Source of the DNA: Octopus bimaculoides
Taxonomy: Eukaryota
DNA: 64,000 nt
Assembly: GCF_001194135.2 (NCBI RefSeq)
Contig: NC_068981.1
Coordinates: forward strand, 37,435,762 to 37,499,761
Reading direction: 5' to 3'
How positions within the stretch are numbered: the first letter of the stretch is position 1; every line of letters begins with the position of its first letter. The notes beneath the pieces were generated by a model, which was given only the letters and a program-made list of their open reading frames with translations, was not told the origin of the DNA and ran no database searches. Shown here one piece after another: positions 1-12,600 of the stretch. A program made the position numbers and the translations under genes.

Positions 1-193
1 ACGTAAAAGCACCCTCTACACTCTCTGAGTGGTTGGCGTTAGGAAGGGCATCCAGCTGTAGAAACTCTGCCAAATCAGACTGGAGCCTGGTGTTGCCATC
101 CGGTTTCACCAGTCCTCAGTCAAATCGTCCAACCCATGCTAGCATGGAAAGCGGACGTTAAACGATGATGATGATGATGATGATGATGATGAT
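1..193 (+). mobile_element. RTE LINE 3' UTR/tail with (GAT)n
   Basis: GGAAGGGCATCCAGCTGTAGAAA...CCATGCTAGCATGGAAAGCGGACGTTAAACGATGATGAT. The same tail family follows RTE ORF C-termini at 25690-26292, 42950-43447 and 62484-63140. Confidence 0.85.
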
Positions 194-304
194 ACATATA
201 CATACATTTATTTATTTACCTATATCTATTTATCTATTTCAATATATATATGTCTATATATATGTGTGTGTGTGTGTTTATGTGTATATATGTATATATA
301 TATA

Positions 305-335
<31 letters not shown>

Positions 336-387
336 GTACAGAGTGAAAGAAAGAGAAAGAGAGAGAGAGTGAAAGAGAGAAAGAACA

Positions 388-718
388 GGAGCTTCATATG
401 TGATAGATATACTGGTGCAGTATGTTCTTAGAGTCAGTTAAATGCCTGGCTGGCTCACTAGAAGTAGTCAATTGCTTTTGTTACCTATGGGATGTAGTTG
501 AGAAGCGAGATGGTTGCTCTGAAAGTGCAGCATCCAGAGTAACTATAGGTCTGAGGAAGTTCATGGAGCTGCAACTGTTGCTGGCTACAAAGGTCTATTC
601 CCTTAGAATGAAAGGCAGATTGTAATACACTTGTGTTTGAAAAGTGATACTGCATAGAAGTGAAATATTGACCTTGAATGCAGAGGACCTGAGAAGAAAA
701 GAAAGAAATGAAGCAAAC
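388..718 (+). mobile_element. degenerate RTE LINE fragment (RT C-terminal region)
   Basis: Translates with frameshifts and stops as SFICDRYTGAV..LEVVNCFCYLWDVV..GCSESAASRV..GLRKFMEL..LRMKGRL, homologous to 17312-17745. Confidence 0.8.
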
Positions 719-799
719 ATATCCCTCTTTGAACACATGTTCGTTCCATTTTTTCTTGTGATTTTTCATTTTCTATTGTATTGATTTGTAACTTGTATA

Positions 800-1640
800 G
801 GTCATGTGCCCAGAGCCCGAAGATTACTTGGAGATACTAGGTGCATTTTAAAACATGTATGAAACTGTTAGTAACCCATAACTATATACTGTGTGTATGT
901 ATACAGGAATGAGAATGGCCCCCAACTATGCGAACCTTTTCGTTGGCTATGTTGAGGCACAAATATTCTCATGATTCACTGGTCCCACTCCTGAACTATA
1001 CAGTCATTATATTGATGATTGTAAAAGTGTGACCTCACTCCTTCCTCTCTTTTGTCCAATCCTTCCATCCTGCCCTCGAATTCCCCTGTACTATTTCTAA
1101 CTCTTCCATCAAATTTCTCGACATTTCTGTCAGTATATAACACTCTGCTCTCACTACCTCCATCCACTACAAACACACCGATTCACACTCCTACCTTAAC
1201 TTCTCCTCCCCCAACCCTACCCACACCAAGCACTCCATCCCCTACTTCCAATTCTTCCATCTGTGCATGCTCTGCATTGACAGCCATGACTTTGAGACAC
1301 TGTCTCGACTCATGTCTCACCACTTCATCCTTCGTGGATATCCCCTCACCACTATCCACACTGCCCTTGCCAGGGCATTTTGCATGGTATGTGCATCTGC
1401 TCTTTTTCCCCTCACCTGCCCCGCCATTGCCCGTCTCCTATTTCCTTCACCTAACACCCCTCCAACGCACCATTTTCTGAGCCTTCCAGCGACTCTAGTC
1501 ATGCCCCTTCACTTCCCACATCTTCCCCAACCTATCCCTTCCTTCCTTCAAATAAGCCCATAACCTGCATGACCTCCTGGTCCACAGTTTCTTCCCTAAC
1601 CCCACCTCACAGCCTGGCTCATTCCCCTGCTTCCACCCAC
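800..1640 (+). mobile_element. Penelope-like element RT fragment
   Basis: GMRMAPNYANLFVGYVEAQ near 905-962. Downstream FLDISV..YKHTDSHSYL and DFETLSRLMSHHFILRGYP (ORF 1267-1563) match the Penelope RT and thumb. Confidence 0.8.
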
Positions 1641-1644
1641 ATTG

Positions 1645-2636
1645 ATTGCAATACCAGAAAGTCCATAAGGTCAAATGCAAAAGATCTCTATGTGTCAGAA
1701 GGAACAGTCAAAAATGTTGTCCACGAAGACATCAGATATAAGTCTTATATGATGAGGAAAGGTCAGTTTGTCCGAAAAAGTAAAAGAAAATCACTACATC
1801 AGATCTAAAAGGCTCTTAAACAAACAGAAAAATCCAGCAGAAGAAGATATGATTTGGTTTTACTCAAACAAGAAAAATTTTGACCACAATCAAAAAGTTA
1901 ACAGAAGAAATGACAGTTGGTTATGTGGAGACCCTTCTGAAGTTCCAAGTGTTATACATACAAAATTAACTACAGCTGTCATGGATATAGGGCTTGTCAG
2001 CAATGAAGGACATGTGATGCCTCCTTACTTCTTTCCACAAAGCTGTAGAGTTAACTCTGCTGCCTATATTGAGGTCCTGGAAATAATTGTTAAGTCCTGG
2101 ATAGACAGTGTATGCAATGGAAGGCCATATGTATTTCAGTAAGACTCTGCAACATCACACGTAGCTCTAGTAACACAGGAATGGATGGCTGAAAATTTTC
2201 ATGATCANNNNNNNNNNCTGCAACATCACACGTAGCTCTAGTAACACAGGAATGGATGGCTGAAAATTTTCATGATCACATAATCCCTAACATCTGGCTT
2301 CCTAATTCCCCAGATCTCAATCCATTGGACTATTACACGTGGAGCGTTGTTGAGAGAGGTCAATGAACGCACCCATAACACCAATGATACTTTGAAAGCT
2401 GCCGTAGTCAGAGTAATGTCCAAAATGAACCAGGACCACTTGAAATCGAGCATGTAGATGATTTAGATCTCATATAGAAGTAGTTGTTGAATCTGAAGGT
2501 GGCTTTATTGAATAACATTATAGAAAAGAAGGTTTATTTTTATCCTCATAGCATGTTTTGATAAATAAAGTTATAATCTTTTTTATACATCTGTTTTTTG
2601 ATGACATAAATCTGTCTTCAGATATCTTATGCACCC

Positions 2637-2638
<2 letters not shown>
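1645..2638 (+). mobile_element. Tc1/mariner (maT/DD37D-like) transposon, 5'-truncated
   Basis: ORF 1768-2142 MIWFYSNKKNF..HVMPPYFFPQ..YIEVLE..RPYVFQ, then *DSATSH and WLPNSPDLNPLDYYTW (from 2295). Ends in GCACCCTG before a TA-rich tract. Confidence 0.85.
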
Positions 2639-2669
<31 letters not shown>

Positions 2670-3109
2670 ATATTAGGGACAAAATCCAAAATTACAGGTA
2701 AAAACTCAATTAAAATCAATTTATAAAAAATTAATAATTAAAAGCAAAATAAAAAAGTATAANNNNNNNNNNNNNNNNNNNNNNNNNNNNNNNNNNNNNN
2801 NNNNNNNNNNNNNNNNNNNNNNNNNNNNNNNNNNNNNNNNNNNNNNNNNNNNNNNNNNNNNNNNNNNNNNNNNNNNNNNNNNNNNNNNNNNNNNNNNNNN
2901 NNNNNNNNNNNNNNNNNNNNNNNNNNNNNNNNNNNNNNNNNNNNNNNNNNNNNNNNNNNNNNNNNNNNNNNNNNNNNNNNNNNNNNNNNNNNNNNNNNNN
3001 NNNNNNNNNNNNNNNNNNNNNNNNNNNNNNNNNNNNNNNNNNNNNNNNNNNNNNNNNNNNNNNNNNNNNNNNNNNNNNNNNNNNNNNNNNNNNNNNNNNN
3101 NNNNNNNAT

Positions 3110-4400
3110 ATAGGGAAAATAGAAGTTGAAAATTTTCTGAGAATAGTTAAAATATTTTTTATTAAAATATTCGAAGCTTTAACCAGTTTCACAATTTACA
3201 CTGATTTTCAAAAAGTTCAAATAGAAAGACGTTGGTTATGTCACTGCTGTCCTTCTTCTGAATAGTGTTTGAAGTTTGCCCTGATTCTATAGGGAGGTCC
3301 AGATATATGAATTCACAAATATCTGCTAGAAAACTGGATACATTATTCAGATGACTGCCTAATCCTATGGATGTACACATTTGAACAACTTAGAGATTTC
3401 AAAAATCTAATCAACAGCATAAACAATAATATTAACTTTACTATGGAATACAGTAAAACTCAACTACCATTCTTGGATATACTAATCATCAAAAGAGATA
3501 AAACCATCGAAACAGATGTTCACTACAAACAAACAGATTCTAAACAATACTTACTATTCTCCTCGTGACATCTCAAACGCACGAAGAATAATATCACCTT
3601 CAATCTGGAAAGAAAAATCTGCACAATTGTCTCAAACCCTGAAACTTGAAATAAAAGACTCCAGGAACTAAAACAAGTACTACTTAAAAGACAATATCCA
3701 TTAATGCTAATAGACATTAGAATAGAACGTGCCAAAGCAATAAATATTGAAGAACTATGTAAAACGAAAAACGCTCTTGACACATCCAATACGACATCCT
3801 TTATTACAACACACAACCCAAGAAACACAGAGGTTTACAATATGATCCACCAAATCATCCCACTACTAAAACAGACCCAAGAATGAAACAAGCATTTGAA
3901 ATACACAAAATAATCAAAAGTAAAAGTCAATCAAAGTCCCTCAAAAAATTCCTCACAAGGGCTAAATTACCTTCCACAATTCCTATGCCAACAGTAAAAA
4001 AATGTGGCTGTCCTAGTTGCAGGACCTGCAACAACCTTATTGAAGACACAGCATATAAATTCAAATCAGGACAGACTTTTACTGTTAAAAACCACTTTAC
4101 GTGTTCTTCAAGGAATTTAATATATGCTATCAAATGTCAAGGATATAATGAAGATTACATAGTTAGAAACAAAGCTTACTCTAATAAATAGACTGACCAT
4201 TCACTGACAACAAATACGAGACCCCAGTACTAGACAGATCCCACTGAATGGCTACATAGACATATGTGCAAAAAATAAGTCTCCCAAATTCCAGGTCTTC
4301 CCACTCTACCTATGTTGTGCGAATAGCACAGATGAAGCATGGATAAACAAAGAAAATGTTTTCATACAAAAATACAAACCAAAACTTAACAGACTTTAAC
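3110..4400 (+). mobile_element. Penelope-like element (RT C-terminus + GIY-YIG endonuclease), degenerate
   Basis: NWIHYSDDCLILW; MEYSKTQLPFLDILI..DVHYKQTDSKQYLLFSS; CGCPSCRTC; CSSRNLIYAIKCQGYNEDYI (GIY-YIG). Confidence 0.9.
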
Positions 4401-4504
4401 AGAGTACATGCACAAATAACTATTCACACACAAAATTAATTCTGCCACTTATCATGAGGAAGCTACANNNNNNNNNNTGTGTGTGTGTGTGTGTGTGTCA
4501 GACT

Positions 4505-4711
4505 GAACTTGAAGCCACATGGTTTCAGGTTCCATCTGACTGTTTGGCATATTGAGTAAGTGTATTTTACTCTAGCCTTAAGCCAACCAATGCCTTGTGA
4601 ATGGATTGTATGTGAGCCTGTCATATATATGCATGTGTGCACACACGTGTGTATCTGTGTGTGCATGTCTGTGTGTGTGTAGCTGTATGTGTGTGTGTGT
4701 GTGCATGTGTG

Positions 4712-4744
<33 letters not shown>

Positions 4745-4790
4745 CTGTGTGTGTGTCTATGTGTATCTCTGTGTGTGAGTATCACATATG
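4505..4790 (+). mobile_element. degenerate tRNA-headed SINE with (TG)n middle
   Basis: CCACATGGTTTCAGGTTCC...AAGTGTATTTTACTCTAGCC...GCCTTGTGAATGGAT, homologous to 6226-6632 and 36375-36758. Confidence 0.55.
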
Positions 4791-5885
4791 TGTGTGAGAG
4801 TGTAGTTTTCATTTCAGCTTCTTCATGTGAAATCCCCTAAGCCCCCAAAATGGTGATGTTGTGTTTACAATCCTGGTGAACAACTTGTCCTGTAGCTCTA
4901 CATTTTTGAAGTTCAGTGAAATAAAAAATTCCTTTCAGAAAAAGAAAGATAATCGTTGGTGACAGAAAGAGTGTTTGGTCATAAAATACTGCTTCAAATG
5001 TGCATCCATGCAACCTATGCCAGCATAGAAAAACAGCCCTGAAACATATGAATGAATATATCTATGTGTGCACGTGTTTGTGTGTGTGTGTGTGTGTTTG
5101 TGTATGCATTTACATATATGTATATAATATATATGTATGTTTGTACATCTAGTTTGGATTAATGATTTCATTTCAATAAAAGAAATAGGTCAACAGATAA
5201 TGCAGATAAAAACCTACAGAAACACAACAACAACGACAAACAAATATGACTTCCTAGCACTGTAAAGCTATAATCTTTCATAGTTTGATCGTTAGAACTT
5301 TTAAGAGTTTTCCCACTTATATCTGAATTACTCCTAAGCAATTTCTTCATTTGGCACATGTGGGAGACATTTATAGAATAGAGTGAATCTGTTTTCTGTC
5401 AGTATTTCATTTCTGGTGTCAGCTGAGGCAAGTCTGTTATATGCAAGTGACAAATGGCAAGTTAGGATTTATATCTCTCTGCCAAAATCCGACAAGGAAG
5501 AAGTATTAAAATGCCATTTGACATCCTTTCTGACAGATCAAGCCAAATATAGATTCAAGGGTCTTCTTCTCTTGAATTGCAGCATATTGCATTGTAGAAT
5601 TTCTTTCACTTCTTCAGTGAAGCAAGAATATTGGCAAATCTTAGTGACTTCACTTAATATTGATAATTTTATTGAATTGCTTATATGTATGTGTGCTGTG
5701 TATGTAGGTATGTATGTACTTTTGATTTTAGTTCTCAAATTTTCTCTAAACAATTCACTTTCACTGGAATTTAGACAACATTAACTAAGTAGTCATGTAT
5801 ATGAATATTGGTAGGTATTTAATTATATATATACTCAAATACAACCCCCTTCCATATATATATANNNNNNNNNNNNNNNNNNNNN

Positions 5886-5887
5886 AT

Positions 5888-5950
<63 letters not shown>
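5886..5950. repeat. (GATA)n microsatellite
   Basis: Long perfect TAGA run next to an N gap. Confidence 0.95.
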
Positions 5951-6225
5951 TACCTATATATATATACATACACATGCACACACATTTGTACATATATATA
6001 CATGTGTGTGTCTGTGTGTGTATGTGCTTGTATATTTACATGTTTGCATGTCATTGCATGAGTGATTCTGTGTTTAGATTCATAAATGTGTATGTGTTTG
6101 AGTGTATGTATACATTTAATACTCATAATTTAAAAATCAATTTATATTTTCATCAGGTACTTTCATAATTTATATGAGAAAAGTAAGAATCTGCTTAAAA
6201 AAAGATAAGGGGAATATTGGCATGA

Positions 6226-6632
6226 ATGAGGCTGTGTTGTTAAACGTTTGCTTCTCAACCCCATGGTTGTGGGTTCAGTCCCTCTCCATAGCACCTTGGG
6301 CAAGTGTCTTTGACTATAGACTTAGGCCATCCAAAGCCTTGTGAGTGGATTTGATAGATGGAAACTGAAAGAATGCATCGTGTGTATGTATGTGTGTGTG
6401 TATCTGCGTGTGTTTGTGTATGTCTTTGCATCTGTGGTAGTTTCCACCACCAGTTTACAGTAGGTGTTAGTTTGTTTATGTCCTCGGAACTTAGTGGTTC
6501 AGCGAAAAGTATAACTGCCAGGCTTCAAAAATTATAAATACTGGAGTTATTCTATTAGACCAAACTTCGTGAAATTGGTGTCCCAGCATGGCCACGTTCT
6601 AATGACTGAGACAAGTAAAAGATAAAAGAAAA
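6226..6632 (+). mobile_element. tRNA-headed SINE (CR1-type 3' tail)
   Basis: GGCTGTGTTGTTAA..GGGTTCAGTCCC head; GGGCAAGTGTCTT..CCAAAGCCTTGTGAGTGGATTTGATAGATGGAAACTGAAAG core; CCAGCATGGCCAC..TGACTGAGACAAGTAAAAGA tail. Confidence 0.8.
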
Positions 6633-7558
6633 AGAGAAAGTGATATGATTTTAGATGCATTGTGTGTATGAAGTTTATCTTGAATTTGGAATAGGCACAC
6701 ATTTTCCTTGCATTTTGTAAGAGGTAAAACAATTAAGAACTGGAAGGACATCTAGCCATAAAACATTGTCTCAGAAAAACCGTCCAACACATACCCACAT
6801 AATAAAACAGACACATTGCTGTTGCTGTTGATTCATTGAAAAATATGGGATGTATATGAATTTACTGCCCTTGATCATAGTTCTGTTTGATTAAGGTTAA
6901 CCTTGAGCTAAGCTAAACGATAACAACATCATTCTCAATATTAATTCTACTGTCTACATTAAAAATATGATTACCTATCTTTGTAATAAGAACCTGTATA
7001 CCAATATTTACATTAGATGTAATCATAGAATTGAAGTATGGCTACTCTTAATCTTACCAATCCATCATTTCATATTATTTCTGAATTTACCAATCCAGGC
7101 AATCATCTAACATCCAATGACAGCATTAAAAAGAAAAACAAAAATTGTCTCACATTACACCATTTCATTAGGATTTTAAGAGCTTGTATCAACAATTAAT
7201 GACACTTTAGATCAAAATTAAACATACAACATACTGGGTGCTATATTTTACAAGGAATAGCATATCACTATGGTTACTATTAACAAACACACATGTACAC
7301 ACAAACATATGCATACACAAACACACATACACACACATGTATATACATATCTTTATGATATCTATCTATTTGTCTGTCTGTCTATCTGTCTATCTCTCTC
7401 TCTATATATATATACTACACACACACACATATATATAGTAGAATAATAAAGAGAAAGTTCTTGGTACAATATTAATATATTTGAAAGAATGAGTAGAGAT
7501 TGCTAACATTAAATTAAAAATTAACCCCTCAAAAAGCCATCTCTACTCATTCTTTCGA

Positions 7559-7600
<42 letters not shown>

Positions 7601-7602
<2 letters not shown>

Positions 7603-8410
7603 TCATCATCATCATCGTTTAACGTCCATTTTCCATGCTGGCATGGATTGGATGTCTGGCTTCCTGAAGTTAGTGTTGCAGATTAAAAATGTTACATGCA
7701 TCACAGAACTCCAGTAGCCTAGTTCCCTCATTGTTTCGGGAACCAATACCATGGCCCCAGTGTACATCAGTGAAGATACCGGATTGCCGCCCATCATGCC
7801 CATTAAAATCTCCAGCCACAAAGATGAGGTCGTTGTCACTCGTCTTTGAGGTAGCCTGTAGAAAGGTATCATAAAAATGGTCCTTCTGATCATTTGGTAG
7901 GCCCACTTGTGGGGCGTAAGCAGAGATAATTGCAGTTGTGCTGTTCTGCAGGACTAGCCTGAGCTTAAGCGGACTATCGCATACCCTGACAAGCTCTATG
8001 ACTTAATCTACCCATTTCTCAGCAAAGAGTATTTCTACACCCCCTACTCTATCCATGTTATCTTGCCAGAAGATTTTATACCTATGTGCCTTGCCTGTGA
8101 GGACCTTAGCTGAAGCTCCTCTCCATCTTACCTCTTGTATGTAGCATACATTGACACGTCTCCTTTCAAGCATCTCTACAATCTCACTAAACCTACCTTT
8201 CAATGTGCTTACATAGACAATGCCAACTCTGAAAACTGGGAAAGGAATGTGGGGTGAGGCTTGGGGAGGAGAGATGTTATTCAGCGCCTGAGAAGAAGAG
8301 GGAAGTCGTCGTGTTTGTTTTTTAGGCATGCTTCACCTGTTCTCACTTCCAATCTGACATCATTCAAACATTCAAGCATGTTAAGATTGTTACCCCTACT
8401 AAAGGTAGGA
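7601..8410 (-). mobile_element. internally deleted RTE LINE (5' region + AP endonuclease joined to 3' tail)
   Basis: APE motifs IVYVSTLKGR..CYIQEVRWRG (8003-8329) and SAYAPQVG..VAGDFNGH..RNNEGTRLLEFC, directly joined near 7654 to the CCATGCCAGCATGG..GTTAAACGATGATG tail. Confidence 0.85.
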
Positions 8411-8665
8411 GTAGGTGTTAGCGGGGCACTGTAAGTATAAGCATTATGGTCATCGTAAAAAAAAAAAAGTGCAAATTTAAGCAATGTTGCAAATATGGAT
8501 ATTCCAATGCTAGGTTAAGTAGGGAGTCAGCTAAACTGGTTGCACTTGTCCAGGGAGAGGGGATTGCAGGTATGATGGAGAGTACCATCAGTGAGGGGGG
8601 GGCTATTTCAGACAGAGTGAGAGAAAGTAAGCTCATCCATACATACACACAAGCATGCACGCACG

Positions 8666-8701
<36 letters not shown>

Positions 8702-9199
8702 GGAACAAGCACACATGTACAGCCCATTAGCTGGCTCCTTCACTTGATATGTTCATGGAAAATTACTGGGTAGTTGTTGGCATATTTCTAGATGGAACGA
8801 AACGAAACAAAAGATAGTTGGTTAAGTAGGTACCTAGTTGCATTTTTCCAAGGGGAGTGAGAGGGGGTGCAGGTAATATAGAGAACAGCCCCAGTTAGGA
8901 GGTGGGATTGAGAGAAGAGACATCTGGCAATGGTGGTAACAAATTTCTAGACAGAATGAAAAGAAAAGAAAGATAGCCAGTTAGTAGGTGGGCAACTGAG
9001 CTAGGTGCATTTGTCCCAGGAGAGAAAGAGAGAGAGAAAGAGCGCAGGTAATATATCGAGAACAGCCCAGTGAGGAGGAGGGTTGAGAGAAGAGATATCA
9101 GGTAATGGTGGTAGGAGGAGAGAGAGAGATATCCGGTGTGGATAGTGAGAAGTTAGAGATAAAGATAAAGATTGAGATATCTGGTATTGGTAGTGTTTC

Positions 9200-9396
9200 A
9201 AAATGTAACCACATATGAATCATTGGCCAGTTTCTTCTCCTATCTTCCTTTCTATTGGATTTTCCTCTGTTTCTGTAGAATAGTGTTGCTCAAAACGTTA
9301 AACGATCTTTCTTTTCTACCCTGAGTGTCTGCTAATATTTTACATGTACCACGTCCTCACATTGTTTTTTTTGTGTTTGTTCTTCTTTTTGGGATT

Positions 9397-9410
<14 letters not shown>
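9200..9410 (+). mobile_element. Penelope-type pseudo-LTR fragment with degenerate hammerhead motif
   Basis: GTTT-CTGTAGA-ATAGTGTTGCTC-AAAACGTT-AAAC at 9269-9303, with the same layout as 61329-61365, next to (TA)n. Confidence 0.5.
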
Positions 9411-9430
<20 letters not shown>

Positions 9431-9698
9431 GCACGTGTGTGTGTGTGTGCCCATGTATGTTTGTGTGAGTATATGTGTACATAGAATATATGAGAATATC
9501 ATATATAAGAAACAAGAGCACTCAACATCGATATTAAATTGATATTGCCAGATAGAATATATTGATCTGATTACACACCAATGACATCCAAGATCCAATG
9601 GCAGTATTGTGTAACTGCCATCTTTGTACTTCGATCTATTCCTTAAGTCTTTCATATTTTAAGCCTATCATTTCGTGTACCTATTCCATATTGCTTAC

Positions 9699-9739
9699 CC
9701 AATGCACTGTCAGGAAATTTTCCATCAGTTCAGGCCATG
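9699..9739 (-). CDS. candidate 41-nt coding exon of an unidentified gene
   Basis: ctttgtcattacAG|CATGG..CATTGG|GTAAGC; phase 1/0 reading (T)WPELMENFLTVHW; lies in a non-repetitive island. Confidence 0.33.
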
Positions 9740-10207
9740 CTGTAATGACAAAGCCATTGCTTTGTTATTGCAATATGTTTTGGGAACATAAGTGTTCCCT
9801 TCAACTCTACCACCAGCTTCCAACATTTAACACCATGTAAATACTTGTGTATTGACTTACTTTCATTTACTCTATTCCTTTGGCCTTTCTCACTCAACTT
9901 GTGGAAAACAAAAGGGTGCATCTCGGTGTTGATTCCTATTGCAGTGATTTTGCAACAGTGTTCTTTTAGTGCATCAGTAGATTCTCAGCACTTTAATATA
10001 CTGCAAAACATGCTCTTCATGGGTTGATTTGAATGCTGCTAGAACATACTCTGATGATGTATAGCGTTTGTGCTGGTGACAATCTGCAGTTTCGCAGCAT
10101 CCCCATCATCTAATACTGGCTGGTAATGGCAACACATTATACTCTACTCTCAAGAGATATTCCAGCCTGGATAACTGCCTTTTCCACAACATGGTTTAAT
10201 CACATAC

Positions 10208-10270
10208 TCCTCTTCAAAATTGTGTGTGTGTCAGTGGCCAGTGTCTGCTTTGAAGGACTGGTTGAGGAAA
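10208..10270 (-). CDS. candidate 63-nt coding exon
   Basis: attttatttgttcAG|TTTCC..GAGGA|GTATGT; phase 1/1 reading SSTSPSKQTLATDTHTILKR. Confidence 0.33.
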
Positions 10271-11574
10271 CTGAACAAATAAAATTTGGCTTTATCATAA
10301 CATGACACAATTTGACATTATTATTTGCCCTTTTTCTCTTGCTTCATTAGTGTTTCACATTTTTAATTTTGCTATGTTTCTTACATTTTAAATACAACTG
10401 CATTAATTTATATAGTTTAGTTTTTACTGTAGATGTCAATGATCTTGATTAATGTGAAAGCATAATTTTGTGACTTGTATCCCAGTTACAAACATGTTTA
10501 TATAATCTCAAATAACCTTAAGCTATGTTTTTTAATGTAGTTGATATCTTCAGAGAAGTAATGGTCCTGCTACACATTATCTAAATCATGAGGATATCTG
10601 ACTGGCTGCTAATGACTCCTTTATAATGTAAAATATGTTTTAGATTTCTCCTTAATGTTTCTCCTTGTTGTTGCTATTAAGTTGCTTCATGATTCTATGA
10701 TAGTACTATATATGTTTAGCTTCACAAATTTAAGAAAAATTATTTGATACACTGATATTAGTAAAGTTTTCTTATATATAACTAATATATTAGTAAAATA
10801 TATTAGTTATATTAAGAATCTTTGAAAAGCTGCTTAACACAGATCTGATGTGGGTGTTTTTGTTGTCTTCAGTATCTAAATAAAACCAGTAAGACAATAA
10901 ATATCATTGCTGGAGATAAAAATCAGAAGATCATGAAATATAAAGCAAATGTTACCATTACAACTGTGCTACCAGTAGCAAAGGTCCTATGTTTTATTAA
11001 TCTAATTTCATAACTTGTAAACCATGTTTATACACAGACAAGTTGCTCCACTTATTATTGTCATTCTAAGGATTTATGAAGGAGATATACATCTGTTTCA
11101 TGAATGTTTGTAAAGTTATTTTGTATGTAGAAATACTTGTATATACCATTGTGTGAATGAAGGTTGCAGTTAGGTAAATATGCACATATATTCTTTATAT
11201 GGATATATTTGGGAATCATTCTTTCTAATTATCTATTTCATATAGATATTAGTTATAACGTCAACTGATTTCTAATTAGTTGTAGAGCACACACAGTGTA
11301 TTGCATGAAGATGTGTTTTCAAAGTTCATGTGTGGCTAAATACTACATTAACGCACACTATTACAGACACGTGTACACACATGCAGTTACATAAGTACAT
11401 ATATGAAGTACATGTTTGTCTGTGTGTACATGTTTGTCTGCGTGTATTAATATATAATGGAAGGAGAAGGAGAAAGAGAGTGAGAGAGAGATAGAGGGAG
11501 TGAAAGTGACAGACATACAGAAACAGTGAGAAAAGCAGAGACAAAGTCAAAGAGATAAGCCTGAGATAAATTTG

Positions 11575-11608
<34 letters not shown>

Positions 11609-12548
11609 CGCCCTTTGATTGATAGATAAATTGATAGATTTGCCCTTTGGGTTGCAATGGTAAGGTATCACACTGGTTGGTGTTCAACATTCTTTTTCGT
11701 TTTTGTTGATGATCTGTTTGTGACATTCCCATTTAAAGAGTAACTATTTCGTGCAAGAATTGTTATGTCCAGTACCAAATAAATTAAATAATGGCATGGA
11801 TACTGAATTATACATTCCCAAATGGTGTAATACAATAAATAGATAAATAAAATAAAGAACAGAAATAAGAGTAATATCTATAAAAAGCAAAAGAAGTGAA
11901 ATATATACAATAATAGAGATAACAGGAATATAGAAGCAAAGAATATTTTCATGACATTTTCTGAACTTTGCATGCTTATAGTAAGAAAGCATGCAGAGTT
12001 TAAGTGAATCTGTAGCCACATCTTATTAACTGAACACACTTTCCCTTAACTAGTGTTGTTGTCTGCCATGTTCAAGAAAAAACTCCGTAATTTATGGAAA
12101 TATATATATAATAAAATGAGTTTCCAGCTATAAGAAAGATAAATAATCTCTTAATTTGCATGATTTTATTATATATAGATTTGAAGTTATGCAATAACCT
12201 TTAATAACATTTGACATTTTTTAAAAATGCAATCTGCTATATTCTAGGTTATTTGCAGTTTAAGCAATTAGTTTGCTAAACACATTATCGTTAATCGCTT
12301 CAAATCTAATTGATATGTTTATCTCATTCATAAATGATTGCGACAACAATATTCAAACTTATGGATGAATTACATTCCATTTTATGTATATACACACACA
12401 CGCGTGCATACACACACACGCACGTGTGCGCACATGCACACACACGCGCGTGCACATGCACACACATATTATTGTGTCTGGGAAGAGTTATTCTCTTTTC
12501 GTGCTTTATTACTTAACACACTCACTGGTTCGATTTGTACTCATTTAC

Positions 12549-12600
12549 CTTTTTTTCTAAGATTTTCATTGCCTCTTGCAACCTCTTCAACAGTGGTTGG
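12549..12600 (-). CDS. candidate 52-nt coding exon
   Basis: Donor AAG|GTAAAT; weak acceptor tatatatAG beside a gap; phase 0/1 reading PTTVEEVARGNENLRKK. Confidence 0.2.

Noticed and set aside
2147-2278. 61-bp exact direct repeat either side of a 10-N gap
   Set aside because: Typical unmerged contig overlap (assembly artefact).
5383-5784. 133-aa plus ORF and overlapping minus-strand frames
   Set aside because: No recognisable family. A possible minus-strand terminal exon (acceptor near 5435) could not be chosen objectively.
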